Assembly: GCF_020745735.1 (NCBI RefSeq)
Contig: NC_083409.1
Location: forward strand, 14,068,760 to 14,132,759
From: Hemiscyllium ocellatum
Taxonomy: Eukaryota
DNA length: 64,000 nucleotides
Reading direction: 5' to 3'
Both the position numbers and the translations under genes were made by a program. The notes under the pieces were generated by a model. The model was not told the origin of the DNA. It saw only the letters and a program-made list of their open reading frames with translations, and made no database searches. Positions 50,301 to 63,119 of this stretch are shown one piece after another; the stretch's first letter is position 1; every line of letters begins with the position of its first letter.

Positions 50301-52310
50301 CATCGTACCTGCCAGTTTCAATCTGCACTACAAGCTCATTGTGTATATTGTGTGCATTTAAGTACAACACCCTCAGTCCTGCATTGACTGCCCTCCTTCC
50401 CATCATTGTCCTCTTATCTGCTGTGCTTTACGTTCGATACCTGATCCTTTCCACACTCTCTGTCCTTTTACATCTTCTAGAATCTTGAATAATCTCTCCA
50501 GAGCCCTCCTCCACTTTAACTAGTTTAAATTCCTTGGAAACTCAATTTATAAGACCATAAGACCATAAGACATAGGAGTGGAAGTAAGGCCATTCGGCCC
50601 ATCGAGTCCACTCCGCCATTCACTCATGGCTGATGGGCATTTCAACTCCACTTACCAGCGTTCTCCCCGTAGCCCTTAATTCCTCGAGACAACAAGAATC
50701 TATCAATCTCGGCCTTGAAGACATTTACCTGGATTTGTGACATCATTTTTCTCCCTTACTCGAAATGTTTCGTGCATTTAGACACAAAGTCTTTAAGTTT
50801 GATCTATTATTGATTTCCCTGCACTTTTATGATCCCTTTGATATTCAAAACTCCTGTCCCTTCCTTTTATTTTCTGGTAACAATCAATCCCATCACTAAC
50901 TACAATCCTACCTTCTCCTTTCCCTTCCGTTTTCTCAATTTCCATCCAACTGAACCAAATTACTTTCTCTTTGGGTTGAGTTCAGGACAATATTTATCCT
51001 TGAACCAAAATCATGAAGAATGCTCTTTGATCTCATTGCTTCCAGTGGGATCTTGCTGTGTAGAAATTGTCTGCCCATTCCTGAAATTGCAAAATTGACT
51101 GGTTTTCAAACAAAATGTAAATGTTTTGGGAGAGCCTGAGGTGCTGAGGGCTTGACTGAAACACAATTAGAGTCACAATTAGAAACAGACTCTTTGATCT
51201 GACTCATCCATGCCAGCCACAGAGACATAGAGTCATAGAGTCAGAGAGATGTACTGCACAGAAACAGACCCTTCTGTCCAACTCATCTATGCCGACCAGA
51301 TAAACTAAATTAATCTAGTCCCATTTGTCAGCATTTGGCCCATATCCTTCACTCTGAGCAAAATATCTTCTTGTTTCATTTGATCAATGCCCCTCATGAT
51401 GTTAGAAACCTCGATATGGTCATCCCTCAGCCTCCAGCGATCCAGGGAAAATAGCCTCAGCCTATTCAGCCTCTCCTGATCGCACAAACCCTCCAACTTG
51501 GCAACATCCTTGGAAATCTTTTCTGAACCATTTTAATGTTCCCAACAATGTTCCTAAAGCAGGAAGGCCAGAATTCCACACAGTATTCCAAAAGGGGCCA
51601 AACTGATGTCCTGTACAGGTGCAACAGCTCCCAACTCCAATACTCAATGCATTGCCCAATAAAGGAAAGCATGCCAAATGACTTCGTCACCCCCCTACCT
51701 ACCTGCAACTCCACTTTCAAGGAACTAATCTTTTTTGGGATGAATTGGGAGTCTTTCAGTTGTACTTTTCCTAAGCACCCTGTTCAGAAACAAACTTCTT
51801 GCTTTCACTCGCAACTAAAAATCAGATAAAGGAGGTGATGATTTAATGGTACTATTGCTGAGCTGTTCATCCAGAGATCCAGATTAATGTTCTGGGGGCC
51901 AGGGTTAGAATCCTGCCGCAGCAGATGGTGGAATGTGAATTCAATTTTTAAAATCTGCAATTAAGAGTCTAATGATGACCATGAAACAATTGTTGATTGT
52001 CAGGAAAAAAACATCTGATTCCCTGATGTCCTTTAGGGAAGGAAACTGCCATCCTCACCATGTGACTCCAGACCCACAGCAATGTGGTTGACTCTAAATT
52101 GCCCTCTGGGTGATTAGGGATGGGCAATGAATGCTGATCCTAGCAGTGACACTCACATCCCAAGAAGCAATTTGAACAATGCCTGTTCTTTACTGGGGTT
52201 TGTTAGGTATTGGCTACAAATGTTCAAATGGATTGTCTTGCCAGTGAATGTTCAGAGAGTTAAAATCCCTTCGAATAACAGGGATTAAAATTGTTTCTCT
52301 TGTCTTTCAG

Positions 52311-52639
52311 GTGGTGACAACTCTCAGCCCAAGCTGACCCTGCTGCCCCCCTCCCCGGAGCAGGTCAATGCCAAGGGCACTGCCACCCTGGTGTGCCTTG
52401 CCAATCACTTCTATCCCGATGAGCTGGAGGTGCAGTGGAAGAAGGACGGTGCAGTCATTTCAGACGGGGTTCAGACCAGCAACTACCTGCGAGCTTCGGA
52501 CAGCACCTACAGTGTCAGCAGCCTGCTGACCCTCTCTGGGTCTGACTGGGAGTCCGACGCTCGCTTCTCCTGTGCCCTCACCCACGTGACCCTCCCCTCT
52601 CCCCTCAGCAAGAGCATCAGGAGATCAGAATGTGTGTAG
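52311..52639 (+). CDS. IGKC: Ig kappa C exon B, intact
   Basis: 329 nt, phase 1: SGDNSQPKLTLLPPSPEQVNAKGTATLVCLANHFYPD...W...YSVSSLLTL...FSCALTH...RSECV*; both domain Cys and the penultimate H-L Cys are present. Confidence 0.97.
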
Positions 52640-55600
52640 AGTATCGGAGACAGTCCACAGAGGAGACACAACTTTAAATAGAACAGGGCTGAGCTGGCAG
52701 GACAAAGGTCATTGTCAGCACTGAATTTCAACTCTCTTCCTTCTCAGGACCGGCTCAGAGACATTTCTGAGGTTCAGGGGTTATGGCATGTCATTGGGAC
52801 AGAGTAGACAGAGCTTTACGCTGTGTCAAACCCCATGCTGTCCCTGTTCTGGGAGTGTTTGATGGGGACAGAGTTGACTTGAGATGCCAAGTAAAATCTC
52901 TTGAAGTTGCTAAAGAGCTGTACAAAGCAATGTGAACCTCAGAAGTCTCTGTTTCAGTAAACCAGATCTCCTTCCTGCTCAGTCGCCAGTTCCAATTTAA
53001 GGTTTTGTCACTGTTTGAAGGGACAGGGTTCTCGTGCTATTGAGAAAACCTCCACAAGTGTTTTCCTCAAGCTCCATTGTGGCTGTGAATTTGAGCAGCT
53101 TCCTCTGTCTGGGCTGTTAATTGCTGACTGTTTTCTGTCAATGTCAATCTGGAAAAGGGAATAAAGATGAAGAAGATTCAGTCTCTGTGTCTGTGTGCTT
53201 TGGAGATTGACCACTCCATTCAGCTGATTGGCTACATTTCAGCATGGCATTGTCACAATTGGCTATTCGCCTGTCAATCAATAACACATCCGTTGTAGAG
53301 GATACTGACAGCCAATCATCAATCACTTTCAAATGATCCCTTTGATCTGGAATCATTGGAGGTTACAAGATTCCAAACAGATTTCCATTAATGACCACCT
53401 GGACCATCTCTGACACCTCCCTCCCCTTCCTGGACCACTCCATCTCCATTAATGATGACCCACTTGACACTGACATTTTTTACAAATCTACCGACACCGA
53501 GGGTTCCACCTCTTCCCAACCTACCTCCTGCAAAAATGCCATCCCGTATTCCCAATTCCTCCGCCTCCACCATATTTGCTCCCAGGAGGACCAGTTTCAC
53601 CACAGAACCACACCACCACACCAGATGGCATCCTTCTTTAGTGACCACAATTTCCCTTCCCACGTGGTCAAAGATGCGCTCCAACGCATCTCGTCCACAT
53701 CCGACCCCTCGGCCCTCAAGCCCCACCCCTCCAACTGTAACAAGGACAGAATCACCCTGGTGCTCACCTTCCACCCTACCAACCTTTGCATAAACCACAT
53801 CATTCGACGACATTTCCGCCACCTCCAAACGGACTCCACCACCAGGGATATATTTCCCTCCCCACCCATTCCTGCTTTCCTCAAAGACCGTTTCCTCCAT
53901 GACTACCTGGTCAGGTCCACGTCCCCCAACAACCCACCCTCCCTTCCTGACACCCTCCCCTGCCACCGCAGGAATTGCAAAACCTCTGCCCACACCTCCT
54001 CCCTCACCTCCATCTAAGGCCCCAAAAGAGCCTTCCACACCCATCAAATTTTTATCAGCACATCCATCAATATCATTTATTGTATCCGTTGCACCCGAGG
54101 CAGTCTCCTCCATATTGGGGAGACTGGACACCTCCTTGCAGAGCGCTTTAGGGAACATCTCTGGGACAAGCACACCAATCAACCCCACTGCCCTGTGGCC
54201 CAAGATTTCACCTCCCCCTCCCACTCTGCCGAGGACATGCAAGTCCTAGGCCTCCTCCACCGCCGCTCCCTCAACACCCAACATCTAGAGGAAGAACACC
54301 TCATCTTCCGCCTCTGAACACTTCAATCCCATGGCATCAATGTGGATTTCACCAGCTTCCTCATTTCCCCTTCCCCCACCTCACCCCAGCTCCAATGTTC
54401 CAGCCTCAGCACCATCCTCATGACCTGTCCTACCTGCTTATCTTCCTTTCCACCTATCCACTCCACCCTCCTCTCTGACCTATCACCTCCATCCCCACCC
54501 CATTCACCTATTGTACTCTATGCTACTTTCTCCCCAACCCCCTCACATTTATCTCTCCACTCTGCAGGCACCCTACTTCTATTCCTGATGAAGGGATTTT
54601 GCCCAAAACGTTGAAGTGCGGATGGTTGCGCAATATTCAGTACCATTCATAGACTCAGTATCTGAGGGGTTATGTTCAAAGGCAACAAGATCTGGACAAT
54701 ATGCAGGATGGAGTGGCAAGAGGCAAGTAAGTTTTGCACCAAAACTGCCAGTCAATGACCATCTCCAGTAGGAGGCCTGTGACCAGTGGTGTGCCACAAG
54801 GATCGGTGTTGGGTTCACTGCTTTTTGTCGTTCATATCAATGATCTGGATGTGAACATGGAACATAGTATGGTTAGTAAGTTTGCAGATGACACCAAAAT
54901 TGGAGGTGTAGTGGACAGTGTTGCATCTTGTAAAGGCAAATCAGGGCAAGACGTATACATTCAATGGTAAAGGCCTGGGGAGTGTTGCTGAATAAAGAGA
55001 CCTTGGAATGTATGTTCATCATTCCTTGAAAGTGGAATCACAGATAGACAGGATTGTGAAGGCGGTGTTTGTTATGCTTGCATTTATTGGTCAAAGTATT
55101 GAGTTTAGGAGTTGAAACATCATATTTGAGGCTGTACATGAACATGATTCGGCCTCTTTTAGAATACCGTGTGCAATTCTGGACTCCCTGCTTTCGTAAG
55201 GATTTTGTGAATCTTCAAAGGGTTATGCAAAGCTTTACAAGGATATTGCCAGGGTTGGGGGGTTTCTGCTATAGGAAGAGGGTGATTTGGTTGGGGCTAT
55301 TTTCCCTGCAGCATCGGAGGCTGAGGGGCGACTGTAAAAAGATATTTATAAGGCATCTGGATGAGTATATGAATAGGAAGGTTTTTAGAGGAAAATGGGC
55401 CAAATGCTAGTGAGTGGGACTAGATTTTATCTCAGATAACTGGTCAGTAAGGACAAGTTGAACCAAAGGGTCTGTTTCTGAGCTATACAACGCTATAACT
55501 CTCAGAATATTTAATCAATGGCCCTTGGCATTCAATGGTGTTACCATCACTGAATCCTCCACTATGAACATCATGGGGATTAACATGGACCAGAACTCAT

Positions 55601-57460
55601 CTGGACTGATTATTTAAATATTGTGGGCTACAAGGGCAGGTCAGAGGCTTGGAATACTGTTGTGTATAACTCACCTCCTGATTCCCCATAGCAAATCCAC
55701 CGAGTACAAAGCACAAGTCAGGAGTCTGATGGAATAGGCCTCACTTGCCTGGATGAGTGCAGCTCCAGTAACACACTAAAAGCTCGACACCATCCAAGAC
55801 AAAGGAGCCCACTTGATTGGCACCACATCCGCAAGCAGCCAGGCCCTCCACCACCCCCCACTCAGTAGCAGCAGTGTGTACAATCTACAAGATGCATCGT
55901 ATAAATTCAAAGATCTTTAGCCAGATCCTCCCAAATCTATGACCATTTAGCTTTAGAAGGACAAGAACAGCAGATACACAGGACTGACACTTGCAAAAGC
56001 CCCTCCGAGCCACGCACCATTCTGATTTAGAAAAATATCACTGATTCTTCAGGATTGCTGTATTACATCCCTGGAATGCCTTCCATAAGGGCATTGTGGG
56101 TCTACATACAACACATGGACTGCATTGGTTACAAAAGATAGCTCACCAGGTTCTCAAAAGCAACTCGGATCAGTCAATAAATTTTGGCCAGCCGAGGAGT
56201 CATTTAAAAAATGTTTATTGAGGAGTTTAGAATTAAAATGGAGTTCCTTGGTGCTCAATGAGCTTTGAGTAATTTTTTTTTGTTCATTCATGGAATGTGG
56301 GTGTTTACATAAATGTGGGCTGTCATTTATTGCCCCTTCCTAATTGTCCTTGAGAACATGGTAGATGGAAGTGGGTACTGCAATTGCTGGAGATCAGAGT
56401 CAAGATTAGAGTGGTGCTGGCGTTGTACAGCAGGTCAGGCAGCATCCGAGGATGAAAGGCTTTTGCCCGAAACGTTGATTTTTCCTGCTCTTTAGATGCT
56501 GCCTGACCTGCTGTGCTACACCAGTACCACTCTCATCTTGACAAGATGGTGCTAATCTAGACCCACAATCTCATTAGAGAAGGACTTGCAAGAAGCAGTG
56601 GCAGAATTCCAAGTCAGGATAGTGGCCACGGTTTACAAATTGAGTCACTCACTTGCACAGATAAAAAAATGAGGTCTGCAGATGCTGGAGATCACAGTTG
56701 AAAATGCGTTGCTGGTTAAAGCACAGCAGGTCAGACAGCATCCAAGGAATAGGAAATTCGACGTTTCGGGCATAAGCCCTTCATCAGGAATGAGGAGAGG
56801 GTGGCAGGCAGGTTAAGATAAAAGGTACGGAGGAGGGACTTGGGGGAGGGGACCTGGGGGGTGCAGTGAGAGAGAGAGACTCACTGAAATCCTTGTAGAG
56901 GGAGGAAGAGAGCTTCTTCAAGGAAGGCATCCTTGCAAGAGGATTCGCAGAAGGTTAAAATCTTCGGGTAAAAAATGAGGTCTGCAGATGCTGGAGATCA
57001 CAGTTGAAAATGCGTTATCTGCAGACCTCATTTTTTACCCGAAGATTTTAACCTTCTGCGAATCCTCTTGCAAGGATGCCTTCCTTGAAGAAGCTCTCTT
57101 CCTCCCTCTACAAGGATTTCAGTGAGTCTCTCTCTCACTGCACCCCCCAGGTCCCCTCCCCCAAGTCCCTCCTCCCTACCTTTTATCTTAACCTGCCTGC
57201 CACCCTCTCCTCATTCCTGATGAAGGGCTTATGCCCGAAACGTCGAATTTCCTATTCCTTGGGTGCCTCACTCACTTGCACAATCTACATATTTTAGCTC
57301 CAGGTAAAAACAAGGACTGCAGATGGTGGAAACCAGAGTCTAGGTTAGAGCGGTGCTGGAAAAGCACAGCAGGTCAGGTAGCATCCGAGGCTCCAACCAG
57401 CAGTGCATTTGCAACATTGTTCCTGACAAGTAGGACAAAAGGATAACATGGAAATATTAC

Positions 57461-57598
57461 CTTCACTTCATTTAAATTCCTCGTTCGTTTGAAGAAAGCA
57501 GAGCGAATTCGGCTTGGCTTCATCCATGGGGCTTGGCTGGCACTGGGGTCTTCAGAAAGCATCTCAGTGAGAATTTCTCTCATCACGTTAAATATAAG
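57461..57598 (-). pseudogene. CEP350: CEP350 C-terminal exon fragment, copy B
   Basis: As 28617-28754. Confidence 0.85.
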
Positions 57599-59454
57599 CT
57601 GGAAGAATTAAAAGGATAAAAGAGAAAAAAATTATATTAGATACGCCCTCCCTGCCAAAAAAAAAGCTCGTTAGATCGCTACATGGAAAACAAAAAGGAA
57701 TACTGTTCAAAATATAGAAAAGAGCAACGGTTTGCTCCATGATCTGAATCAATGTTAAATTTAGAATATCATTGATTGCAGGAGAGAAGGCAAAAGAGAG
57801 ATTCAAGAAGGGGTTTAATAGGATTAGGAGAAAGTGAGGACTGCAGATGCTGGAGATCAGAGCTGAAAATGTGTTGCTGGAAAAGCACAGCAGTTTAATA
57901 GGATTGCAGAACTACCAAGGGTAAGTGCAGATGTATTAGACAAGATTTCCTGCTTAATACTGAGAAAGGCACCACAACATAAAATGAGGCACATCTTTGA
58001 AACAAAATGAATAACATCTGTGCGACATGCTGTAAATAGAAAGCAAACTATCATGGCTCCAACCATTACCTCCTAAAAGTTGACCAGAGGATTGTCGGGC
58101 AGCTAACTCCTCGATCAAAATAAGAAAAACAGGAATTTCTCAGTTAGTTTTGCTTCATTTGTTGGTAAATTAAGAGTTAAAAAATATGGAGATAAATACG
58201 AGCACTTCAAGAGACAGTAGCTAATCAGGAGCAATTAGCATGAATTTCTAATCAGCAGGTTGTGAACTATCAAATAATTTGACAAGGATGTATTAATAAA
58301 AGAGCAGATTAGTATGAAAAAAAAGTGTACATGGTTTTCATGGATTTTCAGAAATTATTTCAAGTTGCCTCTGAGACGACCAATGGCAAAATTCAAAAAC
58401 ACCTCAAACGAAGGGGAGCACAGTCAAATGGATAGAGGTAGTTGGGAAAATGCAAGGTTCGGGTAAAATAAAGATTTCACATGAGAAAGGTGGGGAGAAT
58501 GGAAGGGGCCCACAGGAGCCCATGCTCAGATTGCCCTTAATTGTTATAGTAATAAACACAATCTTGACTTGGGAATTTAAGAGAAGGAAACTAAATGATT
58601 CCAACTTGGGTTGAAGGGACAGAGATGGAATTGTACTGCAGTGACAGATACAGAAGAACATTTTCCGGAAGATGGAACTGAAGTTGAGAGTGAGATGAAG
58701 TAATACTTTAAGTGGATAAGAAATGGAATTACACCTGAAATGGTAAGATCCTAATCAGACCAGAGAAAAAGGCCACAAAGTATTCAAACATACAGGCCAT
58801 TTAAAGTGACAGATACAGCCATTTAAAAAAAAACCTGACACTTCCAACTGCACACAAACAATTTAAGCCACATTAAGTTGCATAAGATCTTAGAATATTT
58901 TGGTCAATTTTGGGAACCTCCACACAGCACAAATTCAGACTGAAAAGTGCAAACTTTGAGGCTTTCTTGGTCTGAAAATTATGGAGTGACCTGTGGAAGA
59001 TAAGATTCTGGAGAGTTTTAAGAAGATGATTAATAATCATATAGTGTATTACCAACCAATGGAAAGACAGATGATACAAAAGAATTCAAAAAAATGAGTG
59101 ACTGGAAGAGACACTAGATATTATGTAAATAGAAACAGAATCTATAGATTCTCGGAGTTGGCAAAGTTGTGACAGATGGGATTTAGTGAATAACAGGATG
59201 AGGAGGAGGTTGATGATGATAAATTAACAATGGGAGAGTACAAACAGTGGAGGAGAAAGGGGCTTTGGATTTTTAGGGAAGGGGCAAAATGGTAAATTGA
59301 ATTCAAAGCTGTCATCAGGATCGAGATCATATGCATAACAGAGCATGTTAAAAACATCATCAATCAGAGGTGCTGTGGAGCACTATTAACCCATATCTTT
59401 CTTGCTTAATTGAGAAAAAATAATTTTGTGTTCAAACGCAAAAGCTACATTCAC

Positions 59455-59833
59455 CTCACAAAAATACTCTTTTGCTCACACTCTCTACATCTTGCCATTT
59501 ATTATTCTCAAGATAGTCTGGGGTATTCGTAGATCTCCTGGATCGTGGCCAAGTTCCTTCAACTTCCTCAGCCACTGCATGAACCATCTTCTCAACCTCT
59601 AAAGCATCAGGAGCTACAGCAAAGTCAGGTTCCCTTTGGATTTTGAGAGGCCCATCCTTTGGAGACTGGGCCTCCTGCACTGGCTGCTGCACTTTGCTAC
59701 AGCGCAGCCCAAAGTCCTCATCAAACCAATCTTGGTCATCTACCAGGTCATCGAGCGCCTCGTGGCTCAATTCCAACTCTGCCAGGCGTTTGGCCAATTC
59801 TTCCTGCCCCCTTGTGCCAAACACTGGGCTGCC
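59455..59833 (-). pseudogene. CEP350: CEP350 exon fragment, copy B
   Basis: As 30611-30989. Confidence 0.9.
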
Positions 59834-61472
59834 CTGTTGCAAAGTACAGGCTGTTGGTCAATCTAGAAACTGAAGGTCAGGAACAAAACTGTGAAAGCAA
59901 AGCATGAAAACAGGGAGACAAACAAACAAAAACCTTCTTGTTATATCTCAGAGTATGTCTGACGAGTTGGACACAGGCTGGAATTCATTTCCAATTTATT
60001 CTCAGCCATGCAATGAAAGTTAAGCTTTCCACATGGAGTGACATTAAACAGTATATTTTATCAGACTGAGTACAATTCAGTTAATGGAGTCAGGAGAAAT
60101 GATTTATATGCGTTTTCAATTTTTAAAAATAGTTGACTTGACCAAGGTGGTGGAAAAAATCATCTTTACAAAGTTGCGAAGTATCCCAAGTGGTCTTCTT
60201 GAGCTTTAAAAATACATTTGTTATGAAAAGAACACATCATACTGAGCAATATTTCATGAGGCTCACAAAGGCAGAGATCCCACTGCTGACTATCATGGAG
60301 TGTGGAGGATGGGGAGAATACAGCTTTTGAACAGTTTCGGGTCAGATACATTGTGATAAAATCAGTGAATATTCTTCAAACTATGCAATCACAAGAAATA
60401 TGGCTAGTTACGAGTTACCATGGAGAAAGTATGTCCATTTTAGGAAATTGATACAGACTGTTCAAATCTTTCCTGGTTCAGAGTATAAGTATGGAGAATC
60501 TCTTCATCTACTAACTGTCGTGTACTTAGGGGAATGAACGATTTCAGACTGAATGTTCTGAGCTTCAGCTTTCCAAAGTCAGATCACTTTCAGTTGACTG
60601 CTGCACCCCTTTTGATTCCTGCACTTTATAGGGAAACACAAATATTGACAAATCAGAAAAGCATGTGTCAGTTTAGTCAGGATGTTGCTGTGTCAAATCA
60701 AACTGACCCAGTGACTTCCTGCACTGAATGCTCAGAAAGGAATGGACAGTATGAGAACTTGTCAAGCACTTTCATCAAAACAGCTGCTCGTGCAATCAAT
60801 GTTAATATGTGCAAACCATAAACCCTTCTGTTCTTCTAATCAGATGGTCATTCAGGCTCGGGACTTTGCTTCAGAACACTACGCTGGAAAAATTATGTGA
60901 ACTGATTTAGCAAGAGATTGGAAACCATGATTAAAAATTTAGTTGAAAAGAACATCTTTAAAAACACTTCCTCCCTATTAGGGAAGGACAGAAAAGTGCA
61001 GGAGGAAAAGTTTTGAATTTCAATAGCAATCCTTCAGTTCTAAACTCAATAATTATACAGTGGAAATGGTCACTCAACCTTCAGAAATAATCAGACATAC
61101 TTACACATATTTTGAGAATTAATGGGCAAGGTAGAAAACACCGAGACACAAGAAATTTTATTCATATTGCCCAGAGCTGTATTTTATCACCCACAAATAT
61201 ATTTAACAATTTAAAAGTCTTTTTGTAAAGGGGAAGACTCAGGGTAATTTCTGAAAATGGTGACCTGCAAAATGTGCCTGAAAAAAGTGGAGTTGTATTT
61301 TGACATATTGCTCGAGAAACAATGACAATCCTGGAAGTATGTTAAAACGTGGGAATTTAAGAAGCTCTGGAATTATTAATAAAACAATTGCATCAATGCT
61401 TCAAGACCATAACACATCTCCAATTCTTGAAATTCAAATCCATCCCAAAACAGGTTCAAAATTAATACTTGC

Positions 61473-63034
61473 AGGTCGAGGACAAAGATCTGGAGATAAT
61501 ACTTCCTCCTTATCATCATCATGGTCATCTCTTTCAGATGTCTCCAATTGGATAACAGTCTTGTGTTCCTCCTCTCGATCCTTGGAAGATGACCTGGGTC
61601 AGGATTCAACATCCAATTTGAACTGTAATCCTCGGTTAGTATGTTGGATCTTCTCAGTTCGAGACTTTGAGATTTAATGCAATTGTCCAACAGTGTCCTT
61701 GACAAAGGGAGATAGGATTGTGCATCTGAACTTTCTCTGAAATGCTCGGAACCAGCTGGTTCTCGGAATTCAGAACTCTTCAAATTTCAGAATAAGGTGA
61801 CAGTTTGATGGTGAAATGATTAAAAATCATACCAGAGGAGCACACTCACTCTGTAAAAGGGGGCGATGAAACAGAATTGCGGTTTGCCAGTGCTGCTCCC
61901 CCACCCCCCACTCTGTCCCTTCTCAGTGATGCGCCAAACAGCCATGTTAATGAGAAAACAACTTCACAAAAACAACTTCGGACTTGAGCTTTTCGGATTT
62001 CTGGATTCAGGTTAAAGGATTGTCTGCTTGTATCACATCAACCAAAGAACTGGCTTTTGAGTCACTGCTCTTCAGATCATCTCCATTAAAGTCTTCGCTG
62101 TCCTCACAATTGTCCTTGGGTTCCTCTCATTTAATATCCACGTGCTCCTCATGGATTTCCTCAGATTCAGGCTCGAGGAATGGTACTTTAAATTGAGCCT
62201 CAAGTTGGTCCTTTTCTCTGTTCAGTAAGTCCAACAGAGGAGTTGAAGAGATCTCATGGATATTTAGTGAAAACGTCTCCCATTGTGCACTGGAAGAACA
62301 CACAGACACATTGGTATTGATTTTGGTTTCTGTCTCCAGTACTGCCTTGGATGCCTTCTCTGTGAACACATCATTCCAGTTCATGTTTTCTACATTCTGG
62401 TCTTCACTCAAGTTTGCCAATTGTTCCTCCTCACCAGACTTGGACAAGGTCTCTTTTCAATTTTGGCCATCACCAAAAGTTACCACCACCTTGCTAGATT
62501 CATTAATAACGTGCAGCAAGTCAAACTTACTTGGTTCAGAAAACTGATTACTTGAATTTTGATCATTCAAGTTGTTTTTAAATGAACAGAGCTTAAAGTC
62601 TACTTGCCCTGCAGGAGTATTACTTCGACCAAACTCTTCCGCCTGCAGTTCTGCTAATTCCTTTGAAAGCTCTTGCTCAACCTCCATCGCATGTCCCATT
62701 ATTACTGCCTTCTGGCTTATCCAGCCCAAAAGCCATTGGCAAAGCTAGTTCTGCCCTTGAAGCGAAGTGTCCCCGGTTGGATGCTGCTAACTAAAATTCT
62801 TGCACCAATTTGGAATTCAGGCAGCTCATCGGTTTCAGGAACATGGCTGTTTGAGTGTGACACGGACAGAGACAGTGTGATGGTGTGGGAGTCTGATCCT
62901 CATTGCTAGCATCACTTTGCTCTTCTCAGTTGGTGATTTCAAGTCGACAAGTTGTTCTGAACGTACGCTAGAACAGCTGGGAGAGTATTTCTCACCCAGC
63001 CGCTCCCTGATTTCATCATCCACACTGATACTTT
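61473..63034 (-). pseudogene. CEP350: CEP350 large CAP-Gly-containing exon, disabled
   Basis: Acceptor TTTTGCAG|. Pieces SEQLVDLKSPTE, DELPEFQIGARILVSSIQPGTLRFKGRTSFANGFWAG[deleted]KPEGSNNGTCDG, TPLLDLLNREKDQLEAQ, FVKDTVGQL, DKEEVLSPDLCPRP| match recalled CEP350. Multiple in-frame stops (e.g. 62457-62459), frameshifts and an insertion. Confidence 0.92.
61735..62032. mobile_element. Probable Tc1/pogo (Tigger/MER2-like) MITE inside the CEP350 exon
   Basis: CTGAAATGCTCGGAACC...GGAATTCAG at one end and TTTTCGGATTTCTGGATTCAGGTTAAAGGATTGTCTGCTTG-TA at the other resemble Tigger-type subterminal repeats; CEP350 similarity stops and resumes at these edges. Confidence 0.5.
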
Positions 63035-63119
63035 CTGCAAAACATTCTCGACATTATAAAACCCGACAGTTTGGTTATATCGTGATACTTCTTTGCTTTG
63101 TCTTTCACAGAACAATTTC

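Larger units (their letters stand above)
32120..60949 (+). repeat. Copy B of the ~28-kb duplication (starts exactly at the N gap)
   Basis: Collinear with 3954-32106; 28830 bp versus 28153 bp. Confidence 0.97.

Noticed and set aside
61376-61783. 135-aa ORF as an independent gene
   Set aside because: Off-frame reading of the disabled CEP350 exon plus MITE; the CEP350 frame here has two stops.
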